Assembly: GCA_030390025.1 (NCBI GenBank)
Contig: CM059432.1
Span: 138,138,001 to 138,202,000 of the forward strand
From: Squalus acanthias
Lineage: Eukaryota
Direction of reading: 5' to 3'
Length of the DNA stretch: 64,000 bases
Positions 38,086-50,629 of this stretch are shown in pieces. The notes under the pieces were generated by a model that worked only from the letters and a program-made list of their open reading frames with translations, had not been told where the DNA came from and searched no databases. Numbering within the stretch: position 1 is the first letter of the stretch; every line of letters starts with the position of its first letter. The translations under genes were made by a program, and so were the position numbers.

Positions 38086-38819
38086 AAATTTGTAACCACC
38101 ACACGGCCTGCCTCAGTGATATTATAGAACTCATAATTCCTACCTAAGTATCTCTTCTCTGTGTCCTCTCTGTAGCCAAAAATGAACAGCGTGGTTAACA
38201 GCCCAGCACAAGAGCTATGACTGCTTTCTAATTAGGTAACATGGCATAGCACCATCGCCATTGGATATTTGCATTTGCCTTCCTTGCTTGTGACAGGGAA
38301 AGAGGATTATGTGATCACTCTTGTGCATATATATTTTAGAACACATTTTGCTAAAACTGTTCACAGCAAGAAAACGCTTTTCCATAAGATATTTTCTCAA
38401 AGTGATATGAATCAATTATTAATACTTGAGGAAAACGATCCCATGGGCACAACGGCACGAATGTTGCTTGGCTCGTAATACTGCCATTTCCAACTCATTT
38501 TTATAAGCTTATGCTTTGCGTTTCTGTGACAGCCATAATGCGACTGCAGTTTTACATCATTATAGCCTCAGGCGGCGCTATGTGTGTCGCAAACCTCCCG
38601 CAAACGAAAGTTCCACCTGGAAAAGAAGTGGGAAATCGCTTAGTGATGGAACCAATAGTATTTCCCCATTGTGCCCAGCATAAAATGCACATGACATCAC
38701 AATTACATAAAATTACATAGACTCTACAGCACAGAAACAGGCCATTCGGCCCAACTGGTCTATGCTGGCGTTTATGCTCTACGCGAGCCTCCTCCCACTC
38801 TTCTTCAGCTAACCCTATC

Positions 38820-39145
38820 AGTCTTTTGGATAAGACATTAAACCGAGGCCCCGTCTGCCCTCTCAGGTGCACGTAAAAAATCCCATGGCACTATTTTGAA
38901 GAAGAGCAAGGGGAGTTCTCCCCAGTGTCCTGGCCAATATTTATCCCTCAATCAACATCACTAAAAAAACAGATTATCTGGTCATTTATCACATTGCCGT
39001 TTGTGGGAGCTTGCTGCGCGCAAATTGGCTGCCGCGTTTCCCACATTACAACAGTGACTACACTTCAAAAGTACTTCATTGGCTATATAGCACTTTGGGA
39101 CATTCTGAGGTTGTGAAAGGCGCTATATAAATGCAAGGCTTTCTT
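38820..39145 (+). mobile_element. Headless Deu-domain SINE nested in a CR1 (-) 3' end
   Basis: SINE core and tail; CR1 sequence flanks it at about 38710-38820 and 39150-39556. Confidence 0.8.
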
Positions 39146-39311
39146 TCTTATCCTTCTATTCCTTTCTCCCTCATGTGTTTATCTAGCTTCCCCTTAAATA
39201 CATCTATGCTATTCGCCTCAACCACTCCTTGTGGTAGCGAGTTCCACATTCTAACCACTCTCTGGGCAATGAAGGATTTGTCCTGAATTCCCTATTGGAT
39301 TTATTAGTGAC

Positions 39312-39520
39312 TGACATGAATCTTGTATGAAGTAATACTGGGCGGCCTGCTGGTGGCGCTGTCCAGGGAGAGTATAAATACTCGGGCATGGGCCCAGCTT
39401 GCTTAGGACATTCCTTAACCGGAACTAGTGAAGGACACAACTAGATCTCCATGTTGGAAAACAGTTGATTAAAGCTTTGTTTAACGCTTAGACCAAGTGC
39501 CGAGTAGTTTTCTTACGTCA
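39312..39520 (+). mobile_element. Solo LTR (about 209 bp)
   Basis: TG...CA termini (tgacatga / ttacgtca). 5-bp TSD gtgac/ttgac with one mismatch splits a CR1. TATAAATA at 39373 and ATTAAA at 39468. Confidence 0.7.
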
Positions 39521-40439
39521 TTGACTATCTTATGTTTGTGGCCCCTAGTTTTGGTCAGAATGATCCGGAGGGAAATGATGACATCATAACGGGGCACAGA
39601 AAAGCGGGTGTTTCTGTAGCGCTGCATAAGAAAACGACAAGTGAACTCTGTATTTTGTTTTTCAACTCAAATGGACTAATGTGGTCTTTTCCGGTTCTTG
39701 TACACGCATATGTTCCTGAGTAACATCATAGGCCTGTAACAGCAAAAAATTCCATCATTGGGCTACAGGGAAATAGTTCAAGGGTGTGATAGCATATTGC
39801 AAATCCCCTTCCTACTTTCTTTTCGGTGATTGTTCATTAGATTAGAATATGGCACAACTTGTGAAAATGACTCTAATAGCTGATTGAATTCTCGTGCTTC
39901 AGAATCAGTGTAAACCTTCAATACTGGATATCTGAAGGTGATCATCTTGTGAGTGATTGAGCCAAGCTACATTAGTGACCTGGATTCCGAAATGGCTACA
40001 TTCTCCATCTGTCTGAGTTCCATCTATTAATCTGTCAATTTCAAATCTTTCTATTTGTAGTCTGCATTGACTTTTTTTTCTTGTCTGTGATTCTTTACGA
40101 AAGAAAAGCACAACTATCTGTGACACTGACGAGCCATTCCGAGAATCTTCCTTTCCTTATCTGGCTTCTGCTTTCATGCCATAATGTCGGTGACCAGCTT
40201 TTTGATTGATTAAATGTGAATGTTTGGGCAGCTATGGCTGTACTATATACTAAGAGACTTGGGTTTGAATCCCAACCTGATGCTGACATTCAAGATTTAG
40301 ACTCCGTCAGCTTATCAGTTGCCTTGACATTGGCTGGATTGTTGAGTATGGCAAACATCAGAGACTAATAAAAAAAAATCTTTTAAGAGCAGCGGTGTAG
40401 CTGAAGCAGATACGTTTATACGTTGTATAAGGAACAGAA

Positions 40440-41345
40440 AGGACTGGCATGACTAAGGTCAGAGCCTGTGGAGTAAGAGGACACATAGCAGAATGGATAG
40501 CAAACTGGCAAAAAAAAATGAAAACAGAGAATAGGGCTTAAAGGTAGTTACTCCGACTGGCGGGAGGTGGGAAGTGGTATTCTATAGAGATCAATGCTGG
40601 GACCACTGTTGTTTTCATCATTTACATCAATGATTTGGAATCGTATACTGGAAGTACAATATCAAAATTTGCGGAAGACACCAAATTGGGGTGTATAGTC
40701 AATACTGAGGAAGACTTGCAGAATGGGCGTGTAAATGGCAAATGAATTTCAATATCGATAAGTGTGAGGTGGTGCATGTTGGTAGGAGGAATAAGGAGCC
40801 TACATACTGTTTGCAAAATAAGAGTCTAAATGAGGTAGAGGTGCAAAGAAATCTAGGGTACAGATACACACATCACTAAAAGTAGCGACACAGGTTAACA
40901 AAGCCATAAGAAGTGCAGACGAAGCACTGGGGTTCATTTCTAGAGGAAGAGAATTCAAAAGCAGAGAGGTTCTGTTAAACTTGTATAGAACCTTCGTTAG
41001 ACCACACTCGGAGCACTGTGCACAGTTCTGGTCTCCGTATTATAAAAAGGATAGAGAAGCACTGAAGAAAGTGCAAAAAAGATTTACAAGGATGATATCA
41101 GAACTGAGAGGGTACAGCTATCAGGAAAGACTGAACAGGCTGGGGCACCTTTCTCTAGATTGGAGAAGACTGAGGGGTGAACTGATAGAGGTCTTTAAAA
41201 TTATGAAGGGGTTCGATAGGACAGATGTTTCCACTTGGGGCGGAGGGTGGGGGGGGGACTCCAAAACTAGGACCATAAATATAAAATAGTCACTAATAAA
41301 TCCTGTTGGGCCAAATGGCCTGTTTCTATGCTGTAAAATTCTATG
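40440..41345 (+). mobile_element. Older degenerate CR1 (RT C-terminal half and 3' end)
   Basis: SKFAEDTKLG-like motif at 40660-40690; ORF 40981. Confidence 0.85.
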
Positions 41346-41355
41346 CATTTATATA

Positions 41356-43643
41356 TGAACATTTAGGGAACAGTGATCATAGTATCAAAAGGCTTAGATT
41401 AGCTATGGAAAAGGACAGGGAGCAAACTAGAGTAAAAATACATAATTGGAGGAAGGCCAATTTCAGTGGGATGAGAATGGATCTGGCCCGGGTAAATTGG
41501 AATCAAAGATTGGCAGGCAAAACTGTAATGGAACAATGGGCTGCCTTTAAAGAGGAAATAGTTCGGGTACAGTCGAGGTACATTCCCACTAGGGGGAAAG
41601 TTAGGGCAACTAAAGTTAGAGCTCCCTGGATGACGAAAGAGATAGAGAGTAAGATGAAGCAAAAAAAGAGCATGTATGACAGATGTCAGGTTGAGAATTC
41701 ATCTGAGAATCAGGCTAAATATAGAAAGTTCAGAGGAGAAGTGAAAAAGAAAATAAATGGGGCAAAGAGAGGGTATGAGAGTAGAATGGCAGCTAACATA
41801 AAAGGGAATCCAAAAGTCTTCTATAGGCATATAAATAGTAAACGGGTAGTAAGAGCAGGGGTAGGGCCGATTAGGGACCAAAAAGGAGACCTATGCATGG
41901 AGGCAGAGGGTATGGCTGAGGTGCTAAATGAGTACTTTGCATCTGTTTTCACCAAGGAAGAAGATGCTGCCATAGACATAGTGAAGGAGGAGGTAGAGGA
42001 GATACTGAATGGGATAAAAATTGATAAAGAGGAGGTACTAGAAAGGCTGGCTGTACTTAAAGTAGATAAATCACCAGGAGCGGGTGGGATGCATCCTAGG
42101 ATGCTGAGGGAAGTGAGGGAAGAAACCGCGGAGTTACTGGCCATAATCTTCCAATCCTCCTTAGAAACGGGGCTGGTGCCAGAGGACTGGAGAATTGCAA
42201 ATGTTACACCCTTGTTCAAAAAAGGGTGTAAAGATAAACCCAGCAATTACAGTCCAGTCAGTTTAACCTCGGTAGTAGGGAAGCTTTTAGAAACAATAAT
42301 CAGGGACAAAATTAACAGTGACTTGGACAAGTGTGGAATAATTAAGGAAAGCCAGCACGGATTTGTTAAAGACAAATCGTGTTTAACCAACTTGATCAAG
42401 TTTTTTGATGAGGTAACAGAGAGGGTTGATGAGGGCAATGCAGTTGATGTGGTGTACATGGATTTCCAAAAGGCGTTCAACAAAGTGCCACATAATAAGC
42501 TTGCCAGCAAAGTTGAAGCCCATAGAATAAAAGGGACAGTGGCAGCATGGATATGAAATTGGCTAAGTGACAGGAAACAGAGAGCAGTGGTGAACGGTTG
42601 TTTTTCAGACTGGAGGAAGGTATACAGTGGTGTTCCCCAGGGGTCGGTTCAAGGACCACTGCTTTTCTTGATTTATATTAATGACTTGGACGTGGGTGTA
42701 CAGGGCACAATTTCAAAATTTGCAGATGACACAAAACTTGGAAGTACAGTGAACAGTGAGGAGGATAGTGATAGACTTCAGGAAGACATAGACAGGCTGG
42801 TGGAATGGGCGAACACATGGCAGATACAATTTAACGCAGGAAAGTGCAAAGTGATACATTTTGGTAGAAAGAATAAAGAGAGGAAATATAAACTAAAGGG
42901 TAGAATCTTAAAGGGGGTGCATGAACAGAGATACCTGGGGGTATATGTGCACAAATCGTTGAAGGTGGCAGGGCAGGTTGAAAAAGCAGTTAAAAAAGCT
43001 TACGGGATCCTGGGCTTCATGAATAGAGGCATAGAGTACAAAAGCCAGGCAGTTATGATGAACCTTTATAAAACACTGGTTCGGCCTCAACTGGAGTATT
43101 GTGTCCAATTCTGGGCACCGCACTTTAGGAAGATGTGAAGGCCTTAGAGAGGGTGCAGAAAAGATTTACAAGAATGATTCCAGGGATGAGGGGTTCAGTT
43201 ACGTGGATAGACTGGTGAAGCTGGGGTTGTTCTCCTTAGAGCAGAGAAGATTGAGAGGAGATTTGATAGAGGTGTTCAAAATCATTAGGGTTCTGGACAG
43301 AGTAGATAGAGAGAAACTGTTCCCATTGGCAGAAGGGTCGAGAACCAGAGGACACAGATTTAAGGTGATTGGCAAAAGAACCAAAGGCGACATGAGGAAA
43401 AACTTTTTTACCCAGCGAGTGATTAGGATCTGGAATGCAATGCCTGAGAGGGTGGTGCAGGCAGATTCAATTGTGGCTTTCAAAAGTGAGTTGGATAAGT
43501 ACCTGAAAGAAAATAATTTGCAGGGCTACGGGGAAAGGGCAGGGGAGTGGGACTAGCTGAAGTGCTCGTGCAGAGAGCCGGCACGGGCTCGACGGGTCGA
43601 ATAGCCTCCTTCCGTGCTGTAACCATTCTGTTTCTATGATTCT
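41356..43643 (+). mobile_element. 2.3-kb CR1 LINE covering most of ORF2 (end of endonuclease, RT, C-terminus) and the 3' UTR
   Basis: Motifs HLGNSDH, VTPLFKKG, YMDFQKAF, GVPQGSV and SKFADDTKL. Broken by TGA at 42554 and frameshifts near 43135-43190. Confidence 0.95.
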
Positions 43644-43645
43644 GT

Positions 43646-43840
43646 AGCGCCTTTCACAACCTCAGGATGTCCCAAAGCGCTTTACAGCCAATGAAGTACT
43701 TTTTGAAATGTAGTCACTGTTGTGATGTAGGGAAACGCAGCAGCCAATTGGCACACAGCAAGCTCCCACAAACAGCAATGAGATACATGACCAGATAATT
43801 TGTCTTAGTGATGCTGGTTGAAGGATAAATATTAGCCGGG
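43646..43840 (-). mobile_element. SINE 3' portion, continuing 41345-41355
   Basis: gcgcctttcacaacctcagg... Confidence 0.8.
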
Positions 43841-44896
43841 CCACGTGGTTCTTTATCTAACCTGTTGTTCATAAATAAATAAATAAGAAGAAAGCTGCTC
43901 CGTCTTCTGTACAGGTTTTCCCTATTTCCACCAGTGGTCGTCTGGAAGCTGTGTGGGTACAGAGACAGATGTAATAAGCTCACTATTGTGGCTCTTACTG
44001 GGGGAGAAATTCAACTCATGGCTGTCTGTTTTACGCCTGAAAATCAGGTGGCCAGGAGTTGAAAGGGGTGAGGCGGGGGGGAAATGGGGACCTTTGCCAC
44101 CCTATTGACACCCAAAGTCCATCTGAATCCACATTCCGGCAGGCCTGTAAATGGACGAGCAACCCAACCGCCTAAAAACAGGCGTAAGGCTACTTTACTC
44201 TGCAAATCGGGTTCCTAGGCCGGTTGTCCTTAAAGGGGCCGCTGAAGGCCGCTCCACAAACGACCACGAAACTGTCAAAGTTATATTGTTGTGAAGCTGG
44301 AAGAAACAGGAGTGCCCTCCTGGCTCCACAATAATACCGTGGGCCGCTGCTGGCCCGGGCTTGCCCCTTCTTCTCCGGCTCAACCCTCGAGTTTAGAAGA
44401 TTAAGGGGTGATCTAATTGAGGTGCTTAAGACGATTCAATGATTCGGTCATATCTGCCCGCCTGACTGAGATTGTGAATGCGAATGTTATTTGTACCCTT
44501 TTTCTTTCTTCATCCCCTGCCACCCCCACCTGCTCCCCCCCCCCCCTCCCCCCCCGTCCAATATCTCCCTATTGTAATACAGCTTCCTTCTTCAGCTGGG
44601 GAGGTGAGTGTTCCTGGCTCGGAACTACTCTGCACAGAGACTGTCAATGATGCTTAACGGTTGACTAACGGGATGTGTGTTTCTTTGAAGGTTAAACTGC
44701 TCCTCCAACCTTTTCTTGCTTCTGATGTGCAGTGATTCACTTCTGTGAACTGGCTTGGCCAAGAGGTCATCCAGGAAAGCAATCAGGCTCCAAAAATGGT
44801 CAAACTGGTATTTAGACTCAGATCTGAGAAGAGAGCCATTATTTTAACACGGCTACTGCCTCCCCTACAGACTTGATATTTGTTATGTTTGATATT

Positions 44897-45663
44897 GGCC
44901 CTGAAATTCGCCTCTCCGGCTTGCTGCGGGGGTAAGGATCACGCGCGCACTTACCTACCGCGCCTGCCGTTGACCTCTGGGCCCACGGGAACTTCAGCTC
45001 CTGGGCCTCTCCCAACTGCCGGCGCGCAGTGCTTGCATGTCCCAGGGGCGCAGTTAGTGCGATGCGTCCCCTGGGATCACGTGGGCCATGGAGAGCCAAT
45101 GGCAGCAGACCATCTTTCATTCATAGATTTGACAGGAAGACCTGTCAAATCTATGAATTGAAATCGGCCCCAAAAGAACAGCTAAACTTAAAATAAATTT
45201 TTTAAAAACCCATCACATTTATAAAATAACTATAAGTTAAATAAATTAACTACTTTAAACAAAAATTTAAATTTAAAAAAAAATTAAAATACTTTTTAAG
45301 AGTGCTAAAAATAAACTTACCTTTCTTTAAAGTATCTAAAAAATGATAAACCTGTTGATAATTTTTTTAAATTATAATTAATTAACCACTTACCTTGTTG
45401 AAAACGGGTCCTGCGCCTCCTTTTTAAAAGCGCAGGTTCTTCAATACTTACCCTCCCGTAGAAACCTGAAAAAAAACCTAAGTTTGCTGCGTGCGCGCAG
45501 CCTCTACCGCGCACGCGGTTCACCTCTGAACCGCGCCCTTCACCAGACCGGAAGTTCCGGTTTCCCGCGCATGCGCAGTGCATGCAGGAAACCGGCACTT
45601 CAGGAGGCCTTACGGGTGAGTACACAGCGCGTACTCACCCGGGAAGGGCCGAATTTTTGGCCC
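44897..45663. mobile_element. Harbinger-type MITE
   Basis: TIR ggccctgaaattc / gaatttttggccc with att/aat flanks; internal hairpins shared with 17134-17975. Confidence 0.75.
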
Positions 45664-45677
45664 AATGGCAAAGAGAT

Positions 45678-45948
45678 TAGGGTTGTCAGCTCTGGTTGGA
45701 TATATTCCTGGAGGTTTCATCACATGACCTCCCACCTCCCGCCCGGTCAATTAGCCTTTCCCCCGTGCCACCCACTCCATCTCCAAAATATTTACAACTA
45801 ATAAACAAAAGTGTTCAGAGAAAATGAAAGAACACCATTTTTTTTTAAACGCCCCGATGATTTTACTCCCAGGTTTGCTCCCAGCTGTGTCCTGGAGATC
45901 TTCTCTTCCTGGAGACTCCAGGCCAATCCTGGAGGGTTGGCAAACCTA
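45678..45948. mobile_element. hAT-type MITE with an 8-bp TSD
   Basis: TIR tagggttgtca / tggcaaaccta; perfect TSD aaagagat at 45670-45677 and 45949-45956. Confidence 0.88.
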
Positions 45949-46199
45949 AAAGAGATACTACTGATCTCAATAAGGCATTAGATTATAAAGATAGAAGTGT
46001 CTATATGTATATGTAATGATCCCCTCCTGTCTACTGAGTTTCCAGTGTAGCAGTATTTCTGAGCGTTTCCATTCTACCTGCCTGTGTATATCTATAAGAT
46101 GTGAGAAGTCTCGTATCCCGTGCACACTTCCCATAAGTATCACACTTACTGCCCGTCAAATGTTAACAGTCACACTTCACATTTCAGCTTGTCCTCCAA

Positions 46200-46495
46200 C
46201 TTACAACAACAACTTGCATTTATATAGCACCTTCAACGTAGTAAAACGTCCCAAGGCGCTTCACAGGAGCGATTATCAGACAAAGTTTGACACCGAGTTA
46301 CATGAGTTATTAGGACAGGTGACCAAAAGCTTGGTCAAAGAGCTGGGTTTTAAGGAGCACATTAAAAGAGGAGAGAGAGGCGGAGAGGTTTAACGAGGGA
46401 ATTCCAGAGCTTCGGGCCTAGGCGGCTGTCGGCACGGCCGCCAATGGTGGAGCGATGAAAACCGGGGAGGCGCAAGAGGCCAGAATTGGAGGAAT
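46200..46495 (-). mobile_element. L2 3' tail
   Basis: (CAA)n tail and L2 3' UTR, about 150 bp upstream of the terminal exon. Confidence 0.85.
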
Positions 46496-46648
46496 GCCAC
46501 AGGAGAGCTGCTAGTATATTTTAGATAAAAAAACAGAAACTGCTGTAAACACAAAACAGGACTGTCAGCATCTGAAAAGAGAAGCGGATAACTTTTTGGG
46601 GGGGACGGTGGCCCTTAACTTAAATCACTTTCTTCTTCTGTGCTACAG

Positions 46649-46875
46649 GAGAGAGACCTTTCCAGTGCAGATACTGTCCTTACAGTGCCTCCCAGAAGGG
46701 GAACCTGAAAACGCATGTACAGTGTGTTCATCGCGTGCCGTTCGACAACACCCAGTATCCAGATCGCCGGTTCAGACTCTCTCGGAGTGACGCCGATCTC
46801 TACAAAGCAATGGAGGAACAGTTTGATCACTTTTCATCAGATCACCAGGTTTCAGGAGCAACTGTATTGGAATGA
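46649..46875 (+). CDS. ZNF516: Terminal coding exon, (G)ERPFQCRYCPYSASQKGNLKTHVQCVHRVPFDNTQYPDRRFRLSRSDADLYKAMEEQFDHFSSDHQVSGATVLE*
   Basis: Acceptor tttcttcttctgtgctacag ends at 46648. Splicing from 7017 gives CAC ACA G|GA GAG AGA CCT TTC, the HTGERPF linker, followed by a C2H2 finger typical of the ZNF516/ZNF536/ZNF217 family. Stop TGA at 46873-46875. This frame is not in the ORF track. Confidence 0.88.
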
Positions 46876-48450
46876 GATCTTCTCTGAACCCTTTCCCAGT
46901 CCTGAGAACTTCAGGATTTCTCCATTCACATTGAGTGAGAAGTGGTGGGAACCATTTTGCAAAGTTGTGTTGGGGGGTGGGTGGGGGGGCTGGTGGGGGA
47001 ATGTGGCTGCAGTGTTGCTGTCTCTTCAGGCCTCACAAAGAGGCAGGGAACAACCGTTGAATGCTTCGTCTTTTTCTTAACGAAGGACTGCAGACTATTA
47101 AAAACAAGTAGTGCTACTGGCCTGCAAGCCGAAAGCTGAAAAGTTGTCTGTTCAGAGTGCATTGTTATCAATTACTTGCATCGAGGATGCGAACTGGTTA
47201 AATCCTCATTGTTTTGGTCACACAGTACTGCGTTTTGGTCTTTCCTTAGACGTTGATGGACCTTCGGCAAGTCAACCATGGTTTTGAGATGGGCTAATGT
47301 TAGTCAGTCTGAGACTAGATACTAGTGTCAGTAACATACATTAATATGGACATGCAGTTCAGCCCTTACCACATCATCGAAACTGGTTGTTAAACAAGGA
47401 AGATCCAAGTTTATCATAGGTGCATTTTATGTTTTTTTTATTAAATTTATGACTGGATTTCTCTTTGGCAAAAATAATTCATGTTAAAAATTAAAAGCCA
47501 GGTCATGTCAACAGGAAGGGTTCTTGCTATCCCCTTATAGAAGGTACTAAATTTTAACATAAACTCATTATTACATTTTTTTAATGATATATTAAATATG
47601 ACCTGAATTTGGATTACCCTTTCCTCATCTGTCTTGAATGCCTTTCGGGATATTTTATACAATCGATTACTTTTTCTGAAAATGCAAAAGTTGACTCAGA
47701 AGGTTTCTAAGTAAGAAAGACTGTCCTGGGTTTATCTTGTTGGAAGAAAAACAACTGCAATGGTCAGTTGAACACTAAGAGATGTCTACTCATTGCCTCA
47801 ATGCTCAGGACTGTATAACAAGGCTACTCTGCTTTCCTGAAGAGCTCTTGTTATTATAACGCAACGTGTTGATATCCTCTTACCCAAAAGCTGTGTATAC
47901 CTCTTCTGTTTTGGCTATACTGGGTTTTTTCTTTTGAGGTTTTCCCTGATTTGGGATCGTGGGATGCAAGGAGAAGCCATCAATGTACAATATAAAGAAT
48001 TTTGATTAAATACAAGTGTTCCAACTGTGACTCCAGGGACCTGAAATTCCTCTTTGAATGGTAAATTTGAGAGAGGGCTATTCTTTGCTGGCTGATCACC
48101 AACTAGCAAGAATGCGTGAACAGGCTATTTTATAGCGAGCGCGCGATGACAGCCAAGTTATATACATGGGTAACGGAAGAAACATCAGCCAATCACAGCA
48201 GGACTACAGTAAGGGTTCTTTAACATTCCTCGTGCATTGAATGGCCCGCTCTGCCAGTACAATTCTCTCGGATGCCTTTTACCGCTATGCAGAGTGGAGG
48301 ACAGAATGGCTGAACACCAGTAAAGAGAAGAACGATTCACCTACGAAAGGGCTCCAAGCTCCAATGGATGCTGTAATGGAGTATTGCAATAACCAGTGCC
48401 TCTGGTTTACGGTGATTGAATAAATGAAATTCCATTTTTATTGCATGGGA
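46876..48450 (+). other. Probable 3' UTR of the zinc-finger gene (minimum extent; may run to about 53050)
   Basis: Unique AT-rich sequence directly after the stop codon. AATAAA at 48419-48424, with further AATAAA at 52741 and ATTAAA at 53022. Confidence 0.5.
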
Positions 48451-48602
48451 TTCCGAGATTTTTACTGGACTTTTGAGGATTCCGTTCCATCCATTTTGTG
48501 AGGAAGCTCGTGCCTCATGAGGTAAAAATTCACCTGCGCAACACACTAAACACACACGAGGAAATGAATACCTTCTCACTCTGCAATTTCTTTATAGAGA
48601 TA

Positions 48603-49484
48603 GGGTCAATTTTAACCAAACCCACCCATCGGGAAACATAGAAGCATAGAACATAGAAAAATAGGAGCAGGAGTAGGCCATTCGGCCCTTCGAGCCTGCT
48701 CCGCCATTCAATATGATCATGGCCGATCCTCTATCTCAATGCCATATTCCCGCTCTCTCCCCATACCCCTTGATGCCTTTTGTGTCTAGAAATCTATCTC
48801 CTTCTTAAATATATTCAGTGACTTGGCCTCCACAGCCTTCTGTGGTAGAGAATTCCACAGGTTCACCACCCTCTGAGTGAAGAAATTTCTCCTCATCTCA
48901 GTCCTAAATGTCCTACCCCCGTATCCTGAGACTGTGACCTCTCGTTCTAGACCCCCCAACCAGGGTAAACATCCTCCTTGCATCCAGTCTGTCTAGCCCT
49001 GTCAGAATTTTATACGTTTCAATGAGATCCCCTCTCATTCTTCTAAACTCTAGTGAATACAGGCCTAGTCGACCCAATCTCTCCTCATACGACAGTCCTG
49101 CTATCCCAGGAATCAGTCTGGTGAACCTTCGCTGCACTCCCTCTGTGGCAAGTATATCCTTTCTTAGGTAACGAGACCAAAACTGCACACAGTACTCCAG
49201 GTGTGGTCTCACCAAGGCCCTGTATAACTGTAGCAAGACATCCTTGCTACTGTACTCAAATCCTCTTGCAATGAAGGCCAACATACCATTAGCCTTCCTA
49301 ACTGCTTGCTGCACCTGCATGTTTGCTTTCAGTGACTGGTGTACAAGGTGAAACTGACGGGGTCGAGTGCGACACTGGTTTTTATTACTCTCTGTTGTGA
49401 GAGTTACATTGGGCGGGGTGCAAAACCAACGTTGCACCCAATCTCGTCAGTTTCACAATGGGCGGGATTGGTTAAAATTGACCC
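48603..49484. mobile_element. Fold-back MITE interrupted by a CR1
   Basis: gggtcaattttaacc at 48603 and ggttaaaattgaccc ending at 49484, both flanked by TA; the arms pair beyond the TIR. Confidence 0.75.
48637..49346 (-). mobile_element. 5'-truncated CR1
   Basis: ORFs 48786 and 48913; catagaa repeat tail. Confidence 0.92.
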
Positions 49485-50629
49485 TAGAGTGTCAGATGTC
49501 CAAAAGTAACAGTGACAGGTACAAGTTCTCCACAGACATTATACAGGTAAAGGGAACAACCCTTCCTTGATTATAAGTATGTCCGATGGAAAGTAATTTC
49601 CCATGATTGGTCCTTAACAAGGCCGCACCAAGCACCAAGTAGCTTTTTTTCAAGAGCTGAGATGAGGAGAAATGTTTCACGCAGCGAGCTGTTATGATCT
49701 GGAATGCACTGCCTGACAGGGTGGTGGAAGCAGAGAAAATAGTAACTTTCCAAAGCGAATTGGGTAAATAATTGAAGGGAAAAAGATGCAGGGCTGTGGG
49801 GAAATCGCAGGGGGGAGTGGGATTAATTGGATAGTTCTTTCAGAGAGCCGGCACAGGCACGATGGGCCGAATGGCCTCCTTCTGTGCTGTGTAATTCGAT
49901 GATTCTGTGGTACCTTTCTACTAAGGTCATTAGTCATTTCTTGGAGGGGTAGGAATGATCGGAGAAGCACTAATAGACAAAAATTCCATTTGTGATTTCC
50001 CTCACAATTCGACCCCTTTTTAATGGACTTCCAGTTCTCCCATTATATTTATTACAGGAGGAATTTCAGACCCATGGACTTATTTTTTAAAATATACTTT
50101 AAAGTGTTTCACATAAAAATCTATGCACTATGTATTTCTCGAGGCTGTGGCCTTAAGAGAAAAAGATTCATTAAAAAAGCCAACATTTTCTACGAGCTTT
50201 AAGACATATTTTCAATTACTTTTCTTGTGAAGGTGGATATCATTGAACAAAACCTATTGTACTTGGTTTGCTTTTGAATCACAACGGTTTCTAAATGTGT
50301 GGCGATAATTGTTCTGTACCATTGACGGCAACAGTTTGGTGGAAGATTACTGTTCGAACACAACTCTGCAGTGTATAGTTAAATGACACGCAGATTTATC
50401 TGGTCAAATTAACATGAAAATCTTACTAACCGATGATTTAAGAAACTTATCTAAAGGAATACAACACGTAAGCTGGGGTTTTGCTACTTTATTCTGTGCA
50501 ATTACCTTTAAATTTGACAACCATTTTGTCATTGATTGCAAAAAACATTGGAAGTTGTAAAATAATCTAAAAACTTTTAAGATAATCTGCTTTGCTTCTT
50601 TTTCCAGTTTTCTTCAAAATTTGTGCATT

